A stretch of DNA of 63,344 bases, the filler included, from Octopus bimaculoides (Eukaryota), in NCBI RefSeq assembly GCF_001194135.2. It is 5 parts of 5 records of this genome, joined end to end, with 100 filler letters (N's around TTAATTAATTAA, not from the genome) between each part and the next. Parts side by side here need not be neighbours in the genome. Positions count along the whole stretch, not along the records: positions 26,298 to 39,550 come from NC_068997.1; positions 39,651 to 48,877 come from NC_068981.1; 3 more parts are not named here. One strand, written 5' to 3'. The position numbers and the translations under genes were made by a program. The notes beneath the pieces are model-generated. The model was not told where the DNA came from and made no database searches. It saw only the letters and a program-made list of their open reading frames with translations. Of the stretch, positions 26,198-40,576 are shown piece after piece. The first letter of the stretch is position 1; every line of letters starts with the position of its first letter.

Positions 26198-27747
26198 NNN
26201 NNNNNNNNNNNNNNNNNNNNNNNNNNNNNNNNNNNNNNNNNTTAATTAATTAANNNNNNNNNNNNNNNNNNNNNNNNNNNNNNNNNNNNNNNNNNNNTTC
26301 TTTTTGTTTGTTTGTTATTGTTGTTTGTTCTTAATTTAAAAATCAAAAAAAAACATGTTGTTTTCTGCCACTTTCTCTCTCTCCTCTCCTCTTTCTTTCC
26401 CTATGTCTCTCACATGTACATGTGTGTGTGTGTGTATGTATACTTATATATATATATATATATATATATGATTATAAACACACATACATATGAATATGTA
26501 TATCCAAATATTACATTCTCTGCCAATTTTGGCATTGTTGAGACGAATCAGAACCAAGGTAATAAAAAAAATAAAAAAAACACAAAAATCAAAAGTGTTA
26601 AGAAATTTTATTGAACCAAAGAATTTTTTAAATCTATTTTTTCTTCTATTTTGTATTTTCTTTAGTGGTTTATATTATTTTAATATGTCTCTTTTTTTTA
26701 TTTAAATTTTAATGACATAAAAGATATTGTTATTATTATTATTATTATTATTATCATTATTTTTAATTTGATGTGTATTGGTATATTGTGTGTGTGTGTG
26801 TGTGTGTGAGTGAAAGAGAAAGAGATAGAGAGACGGTTTGCTATTTGTCTGTCTGCCTCTGTGCAGATGGATGTGTGTGTGTGTGATGTGCTGTGGTGTA
26901 AATTCTTTATATTTTTCTGCAAGTGTGTGTCTGCTTAATTTTAGGTCTCTGTGCAAGGGTTTACAAAGGATTTTTTTTTCTTGCTAGGAACATTGGAATG
27001 GAAGAGACAAACATGTGTGTGTGCAAGTGTATACAATAGCATTATCATTAATCATGTACAGTTTCTTTGGATCAATTTTCCTTTTTTTAATCTGTGAGAA
27101 AGCCATTTATTCCTCTACTCAACACCCCTGCCCTTCAAGCAAACTACCAAAAAAAAAAAGCATCTTGAAATGTGGGGTCACGGGATGAGGGAAGGAAGCA
27201 GGAGATTGGAAGAATAAANNNNNNNNNNNNNNNNNNNNNNNNNNNNNNNNNNNNNNNNNNNNNNNNNNNNNNNNNNNNNNNNNNNNNNNNNNNNNNNNNN
27301 NNNNNNNNNNNNNNNNNNNNNNNNNNNNNNNNNNNNNNNNNNNNNNNNNNNNNNNNNNNNNNNNNNNNNNNNNNNNNNNNNNNNNNNNNNNNNNNNNNNN
27401 NNNNNNNNNNNNNNNNNNNNNNNNNNNNNNNNNNNNNNNNNNNNNNNNNNNNNNNNNNNNNNNNNNNNNNNNNNNNNNNNNNNNNNNNNNNNNNNNNNNN
27501 NNNNNNNNNNNNNNNNNNNNNNNNNNNNNNNNNNNNNNNNNNNNNNNNNNNNNNNNNNNNNNNNNNNNNNNNNNNNNNNNNNNNNNNNNNNNNNNNNNNN
27601 NNNNNNNNNNNNNNNNNNNNNNNNNNNNNNNNNNNNNNNNNNNNNNNNNNNNNNNNNNNNNNNNNNNNNNNNNNNNNNNNNNNNNNNNNNNNNNNNNNNN
27701 NNNNNNNNNNNNNNNNNNNNNNNNNNNNNNNNNNNNNNNNNNNNNNN

Positions 27748-27792
<45 letters not shown>

Positions 27793-28007
27793 CATATATA
27801 TATATGTAAGCTAGATCAAGGTGGACTGATCGATTGTATTGGCTTTACACCTGTTTTCCATTTCACATGTGACCTTGGGCCTAAGAAAGAAAATATTACA
27901 ATTATTATTATTATTATTATTATTATTATTTTAAAAGGAACCATGAGGCTGGCAGTGCATATAGTTAATAGTGAGTCACAGCTCTTTTACAATATCTTGT
28001 TACATAC

Positions 28008-28223
28008 CTCACTGTTCTGGGTTCAAATTGCCCTTTCAGTGATTGCTGGACAGTTTTACAAGATTGCCTTTCACTCCTATAAGGGTCGTTTAAAAGAATA
28101 AAAACATGATAATAAGCTAGAGAAAGAGGAGGAGGAGGACTAGGAGAAGGAGGAACAGAAGGGTTGAAGTCGGGTCCATTGAGGGCCACCCTTTCGCCTT
28201 TACATTATATTCTGGCATTGTGC
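28008..28223 (-). other. Putative non-coding/UTR exon
   Basis: The acceptor is ttcttttgtctag|gcac and the donor is gag|gtatgt. All three frames contain stops. Confidence 0.3.
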
Positions 28224-29146
28224 CTAGACAAAAGAAGCCATTATTATTACATTTAAGGATATATAGGGGTTTAAAATACATGTATATATATGTGTATATA
28301 TGTTTGCATTTTTGTGTATTGAAATGAGTGTGTGTGTGTGGAGCCTGTGTGCCTGCAGTGTTTTTATTTATTGTTTGTTTTCTTTGCCTGTGGCCTCAGT
28401 CTAAACTCAGTGTCTTCATAAGTTCCTGCAAGTATTTGAAATGGTTCTGCTATTGCTCTCTCAACCAACCAACATAACATCTTTTTTTTTTTTTTCCATC
28501 AAAGCCTTACTCTCTTTTCCAAAAATGTTTTACCGTTTTTCCAGACTCTGGAATTCTTGCAATAATTCACCTCTCTTCATCCTTTTCATACTAATGTTCA
28601 TTTGTTTTCATTTTATTTCATTTTATTTTTTCATCACTTATTCAAAGGGAGGAGAGACAATGCTGATGATACCCTCTCTTTTATGTTTTTCAAGAACCTT
28701 AACTAAAGTCAGCCATTTGGTGGCTTTAGTAGGAATGGTGTTTTACTCTCATTAGTGGTACTAATACTACTAGTACCGCTACAAAGTATTGATATTAAAA
28801 ATTCAAGCCGAATCACTTCATTCTTTCAGAGAAAAATCATTATTGTCATCTAATCTTGTTTTACCTTTTCATATAAATACGTACGCAGCCTTGTGCCTAG
28901 GACATCATTATTATTGACTGTCGTTGATCTCACTTTTAGTATGAATGTGAGAGAAATTATTATTATTATTATTATTAATTATTATCATCATCATCATCAT
29001 CAACAACATATGTGTTTAGTGTCTTAACTGAAATGCTTTTTTTATGTTCTGAATTTAAAAGTACTTCTTGGGAGGTCACTAAATTAGTGCCAGTGACATA
29101 CTGGATCAAACCTCCCTCTTTTGGCCTTGTACCTACAGTAGAAAGG

Positions 29147-29277
<131 letters not shown>

Positions 29278-31141
29278 NNNNNNNNNNNNNNNNNNNNNNN
29301 NNNNNNNNNNNNNNNNNNNNNNNNNNNNNNNNNNNNNNNNNNNNNNNNNNNNNNNNNNNNNNNNNNNNNNNNNNNNNNNNNNNNNNNNNNNNNNNNNNNN
29401 NNNNNNNNNNNNNNNNNNNNNNNNNNNNNNNNNNNNNNNNNNNNNNNNNNNNNNNNNNNNNNNNNNNNNNNNNNNNNNNNNNNNNNNNNNNNNNNNNNNN
29501 NNNNNNNNNNNNNNNNNNNNNNNNNNNNNNNNNNNNNNNNNNNNNNNNNNNNNNNNNNNNNNNNNNNNNNNNNNNNNNNNNNNNNNNNNNNNNNNNNNNN
29601 NNNNNNNNNNNNNNNNNNNNNNNNNNNNNNNNNNNNNNNNNNNNNNNNNNNNNNNNNNNNNNNNNNNNNNNNNNNNNNNNNNNNNNNNNNNNNNNNNNNN
29701 NNNNNNNNNNNNNNNNNNNNNNNNNNNNNNNNNNNNNNNNNNNNNNNNNNNNNNNNNNNNNNNNNNNNNNNNNNNNNNNNNNNNNNNNNNNNNNNNNNNN
29801 NNNNNNNNNNNNNNNNNNNNNNNNNNNNNNNNNNNNNNNNNNNNNNNNNNNNNNNNNNNNNNNNNNNNNNNNNNNNNNNNNNNNNNNNNNNNNNNNNNNN
29901 NNNNNNNNNNNNNNNNNNNNNNNNNNATGTGTGTACATATATATATAATATACATATATATATGCATGCATTTATAGAGAGGGTGTCCATAAATTACCTT
30001 TACAATTTGAAAAGTTCAGAAAAAATTTTTAAATAAGAATAATTCAGCAGAGTTTATTGGAAAACAAAGGCAAAGAAATGAAGTTTTATTAGAAACATCA
30101 GAACATGTCCACATGGGCTCCATTGGTTGCATTGCCAATACATCTAGACAATAATTTCTTGAAGTTGTAAAGATAATTTATGAACACTATATATATATAT
30201 ATGCATATAATATGTAAGTGTATGTATGTATTTGATAGCACATGGGTTTAGCTCATCTTGTGATGGTCAGCTGTAGCCATCAACAAGCTTTTTGATGAAT
30301 GCATCTCGCTCACAAACACACACATGCATCTCTCTCACACACACACACACACATCCATTTTTATTACAAACTCTTAATGACCATTTAAATGTTTTAGGTG
30401 GGTTTTTTTCTTTTATATGAAAACCAAACTATACAGAGAAATTCTGTCCTGTGTATATAAAAGGGCAATGTTTAATTATAAAGCTGTAATTAAAAATCTA
30501 ATAGACTTATGGGTATTTAAACATTTTTGTATGATATCCTATTTTTTGATTTTTTTTTGTTTTTTAATTTTCTTAAATTTAAAAAAGAAAAAAATCATTA
30601 TCATTATTATTATTATATTTCAATTCCGTTGAGGTTGACTTTGCCTTTCAACCTTTCAGGGTTGATAAATTAAGTACCAGTGAACTACTGGGGTCAATAT
30701 TATCAACCAACCTCTTCCCTCAAAATTTCAGGCCTTGTGCTTTTAGTAGAAAGGATTATTATTATTATTATTATTATCAAAAGTTGTCATCACTTCATGT
30801 TTCATATTTCTGTGATGAATGCATTCAGGGTTTAGATTCGGGGAGGACTGAAAAAAAATAAAGTGGCTTCGTTAAATGTTGTAGGTTCAGCAGTTCAAAT
30901 CTTGACCAAGGCAACTATGTTTAAGGGTTTTTTTTTTTTTTTTTTAAGAAGAGAGCATTGGATAGGATGCATAGTGCTGTAAGTTCAAATCCCACCCTGA
31001 TCAACTTTGCCTTTCATCTTTTTCGGGTGGACAAATAAAATAAATTACCAAACCAGGGTGGTAGTACAGCAAGAGAATGTTAGAGCTTCAAATTGTGTCT
31101 ACACCAGCTCTTTGCATTCTGAGTTTAAATTGTGCCCTGGG

Positions 31142-31177
<36 letters not shown>

Positions 31178-31389
31178 GTATGTATGTATGTATATATAAA
31201 TGTTGAACGATGAAAATGAGAGTGCTCAACAGTGGTGCATAAAATTTCTTTATTTGTGAATTAAGGGCTACCATTGGTTTCATGTTAAGAAACGTAGGAA
31301 AATATTCTAGTGTCTTAATTTTTCAAGCCGATCACATAGAGAAAGGTGCGCACCTCCATTTTGGAAAATGCAACCTGATATGTCGTATG

Positions 31390-31429
<40 letters not shown>

Positions 31430-31488
31430 CTGCTGACATTTCATGAAAATCCCAGAGTTTATTTCGAACTTCACTAAATAATTTTTTT

Positions 31489-31556
<68 letters not shown>

Positions 31557-31560
<4 letters not shown>

Positions 31561-31740
31561 ACAATTCACAAAAAAACAAAAGACGAAGACAGGTGGTGTA
31601 GAAAACAAACTGATGTATTAGTATAACGCTCGGGAATTGAAAAAGTCTTTGACGTTTTGAGCCTACGCTCTTCCACAGAAAGAAACAAGGAGAGAAAAAA
31701 ATGTGTGTAGTGGTTAGCGATCTATCATGGCGAATCATAT
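31557..31740 (-). mobile_element. Short dispersed repeat with hammerhead-like motif, copy 2 (diverged)
   Basis: The minus strand reads TCTTT-CTGTGGAA-GAGC-GTAG-GCTC-AAAACGTC-AAAGA, and the copy abuts a (TA)n tract. Confidence 0.6.
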
Positions 31741-32532
31741 ATATGTGTGTGTGTGTGTGTGTGTATGTATTCATGTCTAGCAGTTGATAGTTGGAAAGAT
31801 ACCCTTCTGCTTTAAAAAGCAAAAAAATAATGGTGAGAACTTCATCAGTAGCAATAACAGAAGAATTATTAGAATATAATGATAATCAAGTACTTTGTTA
31901 TCTTTCAGTTGAAGAACACTGCCTTTGTTTCAGTTAATATTGAAAAAAACAAAAGAATTTAGCAACATAACTTTGTCGTTATTAAGCTGTTGTTTAAAAC
32001 CAATTAAAATGACATTTTGCTGGAAGATTTTAATTTAAAACATGAAGTTTGTATCATAGAACGAAGGGCAATTTCAGGCAGGTTAGTACCAAAATGGTCT
32101 GATCTATTTCATTGCAGTAATGAAGAATTTTGGTAAAGCCTCCTTTTCTGTTCTTTTGCTCTGCCTTCCATCACCATCTTATTAATTCTAATTACTGGGC
32201 TAAATAACTTAAACTAAAAACTCATTCATACATTTAAAGGCAGTGCCTCTGTATGGTCTTGTCTGTGATGGCTAAAACTAACTAAAAACACTGACGTGTG
32301 TGTTAAAGGGTGATGTACATGGTCCCTTGTTCTTCAGGTCATCGTTTTGTGACCTTGGGCAAGACATCTAACTTTGCTTTGCCTGACTGAATCTGAATTA
32401 TAGAAAATAAATAAATACACAAACTTTTTACTGACTTCATGTAGCGTGAGACATTGGTTAGCACTAGGAGGGGGCATCTCTTACCACAAGCCTTGACATT
32501 ATATACAAACATAGTTAAATGAGTGTAAAACT

Positions 32533-32569
<37 letters not shown>

Positions 32570-32870
32570 CATACATACATACATATATATTTATATTGTT
32601 ATATTTGGGGATGGTCATTTTTGGTTTGTTGCCGACTAACCACACGTGCTGTATTTTTGGTCATCACTTCAGCATTATTATTCCTCTTATTTTAGTGTTC
32701 TTTGTCCGAAATCTTCCGTCACACATCCTGTGACCTCAGCTGAAGTAAAAGACCAGATATATAATGTGTGGTTAATAGGCAAAAAAATTATAGCCATCTC
32801 CAAATATAACAATATCTGTTTCAACACATGATTTCACATCAGAATCTTACAAAACAAATACATAAATGTA

Positions 32871-32902
<32 letters not shown>

Positions 32903-33923
32903 NNNNNNNNNNNNNNNNNNNNNNNNNNNNNNNNNNNNNNNNNNNNNNNNNNNNNNNNNNNNNNNNNNNNNNNNNNNNNNNNNNNNNNNNNNNNNNNNNN
33001 NNNNNNNNNNNNNNNNNNNNNNNNNNNNNNNNNNNNNNNNNNNNNNNNNNNNNNNNNNNNNNNNNNNNNNNNNNNNNNNNNNNNNNNNNNNNNNNNNNNN
33101 NNNNNNNNNNNNNNNNNNNNNNNNNNNNNNNNNNNNNNNNNNNNNNNNNNNNNNNNNNNNNNNNNNNNNNNNNNNNNNNNNNNNNNNNNNNNNNNNNNNN
33201 NNNNNNNNNNNNNNNNNNNNNNNNNNNNNNNNNNNNNNNNNNNNNNNNNNNNNNNNNNNNNNNNNNNNNNNNNNNNNNNNNNNNNNNNNNNNNNNNNNNN
33301 NNNNNNNNNNNNNNNNNNNNNNNNNNNNNNNNNNNNNNNNNNNNNNNNNNNNNNNNNNNNNNNNNNNNNNNNNNNNNNNNNNNNNNNNNNNNNNNNNNNN
33401 NNNNNNNNNNNNNNNNNNNNNNNNNNNNNNNNNNNNNNNNNNNNNNNNNNNNNNNNNNNNNNNNNNNNNNNNNNNNNNNNNNNNNNNNNNNNNNNNNNNN
33501 NNNNNNNNNNNNNNNNNNNNNNNNNNNNNNNNNNNNNNNNNNNNNNNNNNNNNNNNNNNNNNNNNNNNNNNNNNNNNNNNNNNNNNNNNNNNNNNNNNNN
33601 NNNNNNNNNNNNNNNNNNNNNNNNNNNNNNNNNNNNNNNNNNNNNNNNNNNNNNNNNNNNNNNNNNNNNNNNNNNNNNNNNNNNNNNNNNNNNNNNNNNN
33701 NGGAATTTCGGCAGCAGTAAAATGTCCAAGTTCTCTTTTATACATTTTTTATTATCGCGTGTTTTCTTTGAAATTGAGTTAGTTCTTTGATTATTAACAT
33801 TCTTCAGGTAAACCATTCCAATCAGTAAACACCGAGTCAATTCCAAACAACTATAGCTCCTTCCTCTTCTACCAATCTGTGGCCTTGTGCCTATAATAGA
33901 AATCATCATCATTATTATTATTA

Positions 33924-33959
<36 letters not shown>

Positions 33960-34419
33960 GGTTAATTTGTGTATTGTTTTAGTTGCCGTCATTTTATGTT
34001 CTGAATTTAGTTCTTGTTAAGACCACCGTCACCTTTCACTCTTGGGTCATTGAAATAAAATACCAACCCTACCCACAGAATTTGAGGCTTTGTATCAATC
34101 TAAGAAAACATTATTATTATTATTATTATTTGGTTTAGTAAGATGGCAGCATCCTAGTTGTACTTTGTTACATTCTGAGTTCAATTCCTATCGTGGTCAT
34201 CTTGTAACTTTAACTTTCATCCTAGTTCTACTAAAATACTTAATCCACCAAGAACTGGTCAGTTTGGTCATTTAATTCAGCTGTTATTTTCTGACTTTAT
34301 GTTCTTCCAGTATTGATAAAATAGCATACCGGTCAGACACACGGTCAATTAAAAATCAACTTCTCCCTCTCTTTGGAAATCAGTTTTATTATTATTTGGC
34401 ATCAAACGATCAACAGAGA

Positions 34420-34530
34420 CATGCAGCTAATTGACAGAACATGGAGTAACGCATTGAAAAAAGCAAGGAACTGTGATCACTGGCACACTGTGACGGCCTT
34501 ATGCGTCTCAAGACACGGGAGCCTCTAAGC
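34420..34530 (+). mobile_element. RTE LINE extreme C-terminus fragment
   Basis: It translates RTWSNALKKARNCDHWHTVTALCVSRHGSL*, matching the typical W...A..R..W...V.ALC end of RTE ORFs. Confidence 0.45.
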
Positions 34531-36547
34531 CTATGTAACTATCATTTTATTATTGCGTAATAAGTAGGTGTCTGATGAACTAATACCATGACACAGATTC
34601 AGTTATCTCTTGGGACCATTTTCACTTCATTTGCATAAATTACCATATCTTTCACTATCTCAGTTGGGGACTACTTTAATTTTGACTTCTCCCTAAATCA
34701 CATTATTTTTCGCCACCATTATTCCCTTTATAAATCTGATGCCTTGAATCTTCATAGTAAACTATCTTTAATCCTGTTATTATTATCATTATTATTATTA
34801 AGGTGGTGAGCTGGCAGAATAAAGTGCCAGTAAAGAACTAGGGTTGATGTAAATGACTTTCCTCTCTCCTCAGAATTGCTGGACTTGTGCTAAAAATTTG
34901 GAAGAATTATTACTATGTTTAAGGCTGCGAGTCAGCGGAGTTGTTAGGACATCGGAAAAAATGCTTAGCAAGCATTTCTTCCAGCTCTTTACATTCTGAG
35001 TTCAAATCCCATCAAAATCAACTTTGCCTTTCATCTGTCCAGGGTCAATAAAATAAAGTACCAGGCAAATACTGGAATTGACATAATCAACCAATCCTAT
35101 CCCTTAAAATTTCTGGTCTTGTACTGAAATTTAAAGACATTATTATTATTATTATTATGAAGTTTTTGTTCTGCATTTAAACCCTGCTATGGTTGACTTT
35201 GCCTTTCATCCACATTAGATTAATACATTATGTTTGTCCCTAAACCCCACTCCCCCTCCACCCTCAGAGAAAAGAGAGCAAAAAAATTGTGGCCTTGTGC
35301 CTTTGTAAGAAATCATTATTCTTCTTGTAATATCCCACATTGACCATCTTTGCGCAATAAAATAAAATATGATTTTTTCTGTTTATTTAAAGTAAACAAT
35401 AGAATGTTCTCACATCATCTGCAATCTTCACATCAAAGGCTTTCAAATAAATAACTTTAGGTTTATATACATGTATCAGATGTTTCTGATGTATGCTGTG
35501 TTCTATATAAGTATTATTATTAAGACACTGGAGTGGCAGAATGTCTTTCACTACTATTTCCCACCCTGGGACAAGTATAACAACCATTGGCATCTCTCAG
35601 TACATGCACTTTAACTTTTCTTCACCCACTCATATAAGTCAGTGTAATGTTTCCTCAATTGTTGCCCTTATGGCATATAAAAGACATCATCTGTCACTTT
35701 GATGTGGCTTCTCACTTTACTGTTTATTATTATTATTAATATATTCATTAAAATGGTGGATTAGCAAAATCATTAGAGTATTGGAGAAAATGCCTTATGC
35801 CTTGCAATATTTAGTTACAGAGCTTTGCCTTTCATCCTTTCAGGCTCGATAGAATTAAGTACCAGTTATATACTGGTGGCAGTGATGGAAGGGGCATCAC
35901 TATAATTGATTATTTATCTCCCATGATATTTCAGGCCTTGTGCCTATGCTGGAAACAATTGTTAATCTCTTTAATATCTTCCTTGTTGATGATCAAGAGA
36001 AGGGCAGCAGATGTAATTTGTAAGATTGTTGTTTTTTTGGGGTTTTTTTCCTAAATGTATGTAAGATTTATTTTTCTTGCAGTCTCCACCGGTTTCCATT
36101 TTTTCTGAGATTGCAGTATTCTCATTGGTTTCTGGTTTGACATTTTGGAGAAGATTAATATTCTTTTGCTTTCTTGAACTGAAACACAATGTCTTGATAC
36201 TCTCATATGTGTGTGTGTGTGTTTATCTGTGTATGTTTGTAAATGGTCGAAGGAGGAAATATTTTGTATAGTTCACTTTTTCATTTGTCACTCAGGTCTT
36301 TACTAAGTATTTTCTGTCTTTCCACCAGCAACAGCAATATTATACTAACTCTCCCTTCTTCTAATACTTTTTTTCAGCAACTTAGTTAGCAGTTTAAGGG
36401 GCAGCATTCAGAGTTTCCTTATTTGGTGAGGAGATGATATAAGGATAAAATCCCGTTTCAATGTAATACAATGGCATGCAAGCTAGGGTGGTAACTCAAA
36501 TGGGGAAATCCTAAAAACATTTGCAAATTAAATTACTATTGTAGATC

Positions 36548-36954
36548 AGGCGCAGGAGTGGCTGTGTGGTAAGTAGCTTGCTTACCAACCACATGGTTCC
36601 GTGTTCAGTCCCACTGCGTGGCACCTTGGGCAAGTGTCTTCTACTATAGCCTCGGGCCGACCAAAGCCTTGTGAGTGGATTTGGTAGACGGAAACTGAAA
36701 GAAGCCCGTCGTATATACATATATATATATGTATGTGTGTGTATATGTTTGTGTGTCTGTGTTTGTCCTCCCAACATCACTTGAGAACCGATGCTGGTGT
36801 GTTTACGTCCCCGTAACTTAGCGGTTCGGTAAAAGAGACCGATAGAATAAGTACTAGGCTTACAAAGAATAAGTCCTGGGGGTTGATTTGCTTGACTAAA
36901 GGCGGTGCTCCAGCATGGCCACAGTCAAATGACTGAAACAAGTAAGTAAAGAGT
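36548..36954 (+). mobile_element. SINE family A, full-length young copy
   Basis: It has the same organisation as 17206-17614 and retains its CpGs. Confidence 0.88.
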
Positions 36955-38816
36955 ATCTACAATTCAAATTCTTGGAGCCAGTTTCAATTCTCAATCAGAT
37001 TTTTTTTTTTTGTTTGAGTTGTTTATATTATTACGTAAGCTATCAACACAAACTTTTCTTTTTTCCTTTCTTTTACTCTTCTGATATGTGATGCCTGTAT
37101 GAGAAATAATCATGGTATAAACACAGCAAATACAATTTCCATTGTCAATTAAGAGCTTTGCTGGATGGGTTTAGATCTTCGGGTTTATTTCTTCTAGCTT
37201 TTGTGTTCAAATCCTGCAGCTTTCAATGGAAGAACATGGGTCAGATCTATCAACCATACAACTTTATCCTCCACCCATTACTATCACTACCCCACCAAAC
37301 CCAGCCTAACTCTTAATCACAAAACACATCCACTATTATGTATATATATGTATTGAGAAACACACAATAATCTGCAGGGCTCACGGGGAACCTATTCGAT
37401 CCCTTTAAACTAACAGCGGCAGCAAACTTTGCTTTCTGAACAACAATCGGGGATGTAGGGGGCTAAAGTACTCCCCTGCCTCTTACCAAAACTAAAATTC
37501 CTTAAACCATGACAGTTACGAAGAGTCCATGTGTGCCTATATCCTTACTATCACCTTCAGCCTCTCTCAGACAAGTGTGTGCCTCCATCAGTTTACTTAA
37601 CCAATATTTCCTCTGCAGGGTTCCTCTCCATACATTTTTTGAAAACAAACTAATTACAATAATGATGATAATAATAATAATAATATAGGAATGTGTTCAA
37701 GACCAAATAGTTGATCTCACTTGTGCTGGTGCCTCGAAAAACAAAGCACCCTGTACCTTCTGTAAAACGGTTGGTGTTAGGAATGGCATCTAGTTGTAGA
37801 AACGTTGACAAAGATGACAGTGGAGACCAACACAGTACTCAGTCTCGTCAGATTCTGTAGAACCAACCAACCCTTGTCAGCATGGAGTATGGACAAAAAA
37901 CAATGATGAATATAGTGGTATCAGGAGTTGACGTTTGTCATTTATTAGCACCTAGTTGCAACTACACAACTGGGTTTGTTTCTTAGAACAAAATCAAAGA
38001 ACTCTGTATAGCAGACTAAATAGAACAACATGAAACATTCCTATAATGGCACTGTTCCCCTCTATGGTCACAGCCAAGTGCTTAGAAACCTATTAAAAGA
38101 ATGCTCTTCTCTTTCAGATTGTTATCTGTTGAAACTCTCTGGTGTGGTTTTTGGTCTTTCTTGCTAAAAAGCTGATTTGATTAAGGATAGAGATAAGATA
38201 TTCATTACAAAAGAAAAAAAAGCAGATCAAAGGGACACACAGACACATACACACACACATTCTACCTTCCCTCCCTTTTTCTTTTCTTTTTTTAATATAT
38301 TTCTCCAGCGTCTGGTCTTTGGTGTCCAACCAGAAGATAAAAACAATCGCAGTTGTTTTAATAACATTTTACTTTTTATTGTAATTTACTGTGTTTAATA
38401 ATGATTACAATGATGATGATGATGATGGTGATGATAATAATAATAATATTTCAAATAATGATGATATAAAAATTGAGGCCTTTGATCTCAGGTTAAATTT
38501 TTTTTTTTTTGGTGGGGGTTTATTGTTAAAACAATATATAAATAAAACAACAGTACAACATTTGTAGTCAAATTTTTTTTCAAAATGTTTTTGTTCTTCA
38601 TAAGTGTTTCAAGTTATTATCATTATTATTATTATTATTACTACTACTACTACTACTACTACTAATATTAAAATAACTATCAATTGCAGTATTCCTTCTT
38701 TCTTCGTCTCATTTTCCATTCAACTGAACCCCCTTCTACATCAACACACACGCACACACACGTACACACTTGTTAATACATGTCTGTCTTGAGTAACTAA
38801 ATATGATTCTGTAGTA

Positions 38817-39003
38817 TACCTGGTTCACCTAACCTCATTCCTTACTGCCTTTTTTCTATTGTGTCTAGTAATTTTGGAAAATAATTAATTATTATTTGAA
38901 GAGGGTTTACCTGGTTTATCTATCCTCATTCCTACCTGCCTTTTTTTCTATTGTATCTAGTAATTTTGGAAAAACCATTAATTATTATTATTTGAAGAGG
39001 GTT
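38817..39003. repeat. Tandem duplication of a ~90-bp unit
   Basis: acctggtt...cctcattcct...gccttttttctattgt.tctagtaattttggaaa...attatttgaagagggttt occurs twice in tandem. Confidence 0.85.
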
Positions 39004-39689
39004 TGTTTGGTACCATTCCACTTCTTTTCTGTGATCTAAAGGGTTTATATCTATATATATATATGTATATGTACTTGTGTGGTAGTTTTGTTTTTAAATT
39101 CTTGGAGAATGCAATGACAAAAGTAGAGAAAGATGGTCGGGGGTGGGTGAGAAAAAAATTAGGGTTTACTTTAAAATACATCACTAACCGTTATCTAACT
39201 AACACCTGTTGGAATTTTCTTTCTTTTGGCTGCATTTACCTTTACAAAAACCACTCCCTCTCTATACATTCTGATGTTCTTAATCTGTATCCTGGTTTTG
39301 ATTCCTACCTACAAATTTCACTTACAGAAATTTCATTCCATGACTAACATTTTTGACAAATGCATGAACTTCAAACAATTTCATTCTCTCTAAACTCCAA
39401 CCCAGCCCCAGTTCTGTGTGTTTTGTGTAACTGGACATTTTTAACCAACCATCAACTCAGTAAAGGATCAAAGTTCATTCGTAAGCCATAGGCTCCTGAA
39501 GCCAATTTCCCCAGATTCTGTTGTATATATATATATATATATATATATATNNNNNNNNNNNNNNNNNNNNNNNNNNNNNNNNNNNNNNNNNNNNTTAATT
39601 AATTAANNNNNNNNNNNNNNNNNNNNNNNNNNNNNNNNNNNNNNNNNNNNTATATATATATATATATGTATGTATGTATGCATGCATAA

Positions 39690-39880
39690 AAAACTTTTGA
39701 ACTTTTCCACTTTTGTAAACCTCCTTTATCATCCTTTTTTCTCCGTATTCTTTCTGTTGAAGAGCGTAGCTCGAAACGTCAAAGACTTTCCGTATTCCCG
39801 AGCGTCATACTAATATATACTTTTGTTATTTACACCACCTGTCCTCGTCTGTTGTTATTATTTGTATATTCTCCTATATC
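39690..39880 (+). mobile_element. Short dispersed repeat with hammerhead-like motif, copy 3
   Basis: It contains tctttctgttgaagagcgtagctcgaaacgtcaaaga at 39749-39785 and is flanked by microsatellites. Confidence 0.65.
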
Positions 39881-40340
39881 TATATAGATAGATAGATATA
39901 GATCTATATATATATATATATATGCACACACGCACAAACAAACAAACCAAACTCACAGAGATATTCTTTATTTACATTTCTTTTATAATTCTCTTTGCCC
40001 ATTTACCACCAACATCCATCAAGATGCAAACCCTCATCACTCAACTTGTCATCCTTTCACCGAATAAAACCATAGTGTTATTTTTTACTGGGTCACTAAT
40101 TGTGTTTGAAAAGGCTTCTTTCTGATTTGTAGGTCAGAATAATTGAAGCCCCTTACTCCTAAGTCCATGCCCAAGCGTCACCGTAACAATAGGACCCCTT
40201 TCTCCACTGTAGTAGCGTTTTTTTTTCTTTCTCTTTTGTTTTTCTTGCTTACTGTAGGTTCATGGAAAACGAGTTCCCTTGACGAATAATGAATAGTGGA
40301 ATAGCTTGAAGTCCTCTCAGTTCTGTTTGTTGATGCTTAC

Positions 40341-40407
40341 TTCTGAGAAGCGAAGTTAAAAGGATTTCGTCCTAGGAGGTACTGCCGATATCACCCACAA
40401 AGTGAAG
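40341..40407 (-). other. Putative short non-coding exon
   Basis: The acceptor is ctcttatttcag| and the donor is gaa|gtaagc. All frames contain stops. A competing plus-strand acceptor exists at ~40260. Confidence 0.2.
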
Positions 40408-40431
40408 CTGAAATAAGAGGTCCCTTGTCCT

Positions 40432-40567
<136 letters not shown>

Positions 40568-40576
40568 TTCTTTTAT

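Noticed and set aside
26242-26253. Recurrent palindromic TTAATTAATTAA motif (4 sites)
   Set aside because: It is always centred in N gaps of similar size, so it is a scaffolding linker and not biological.
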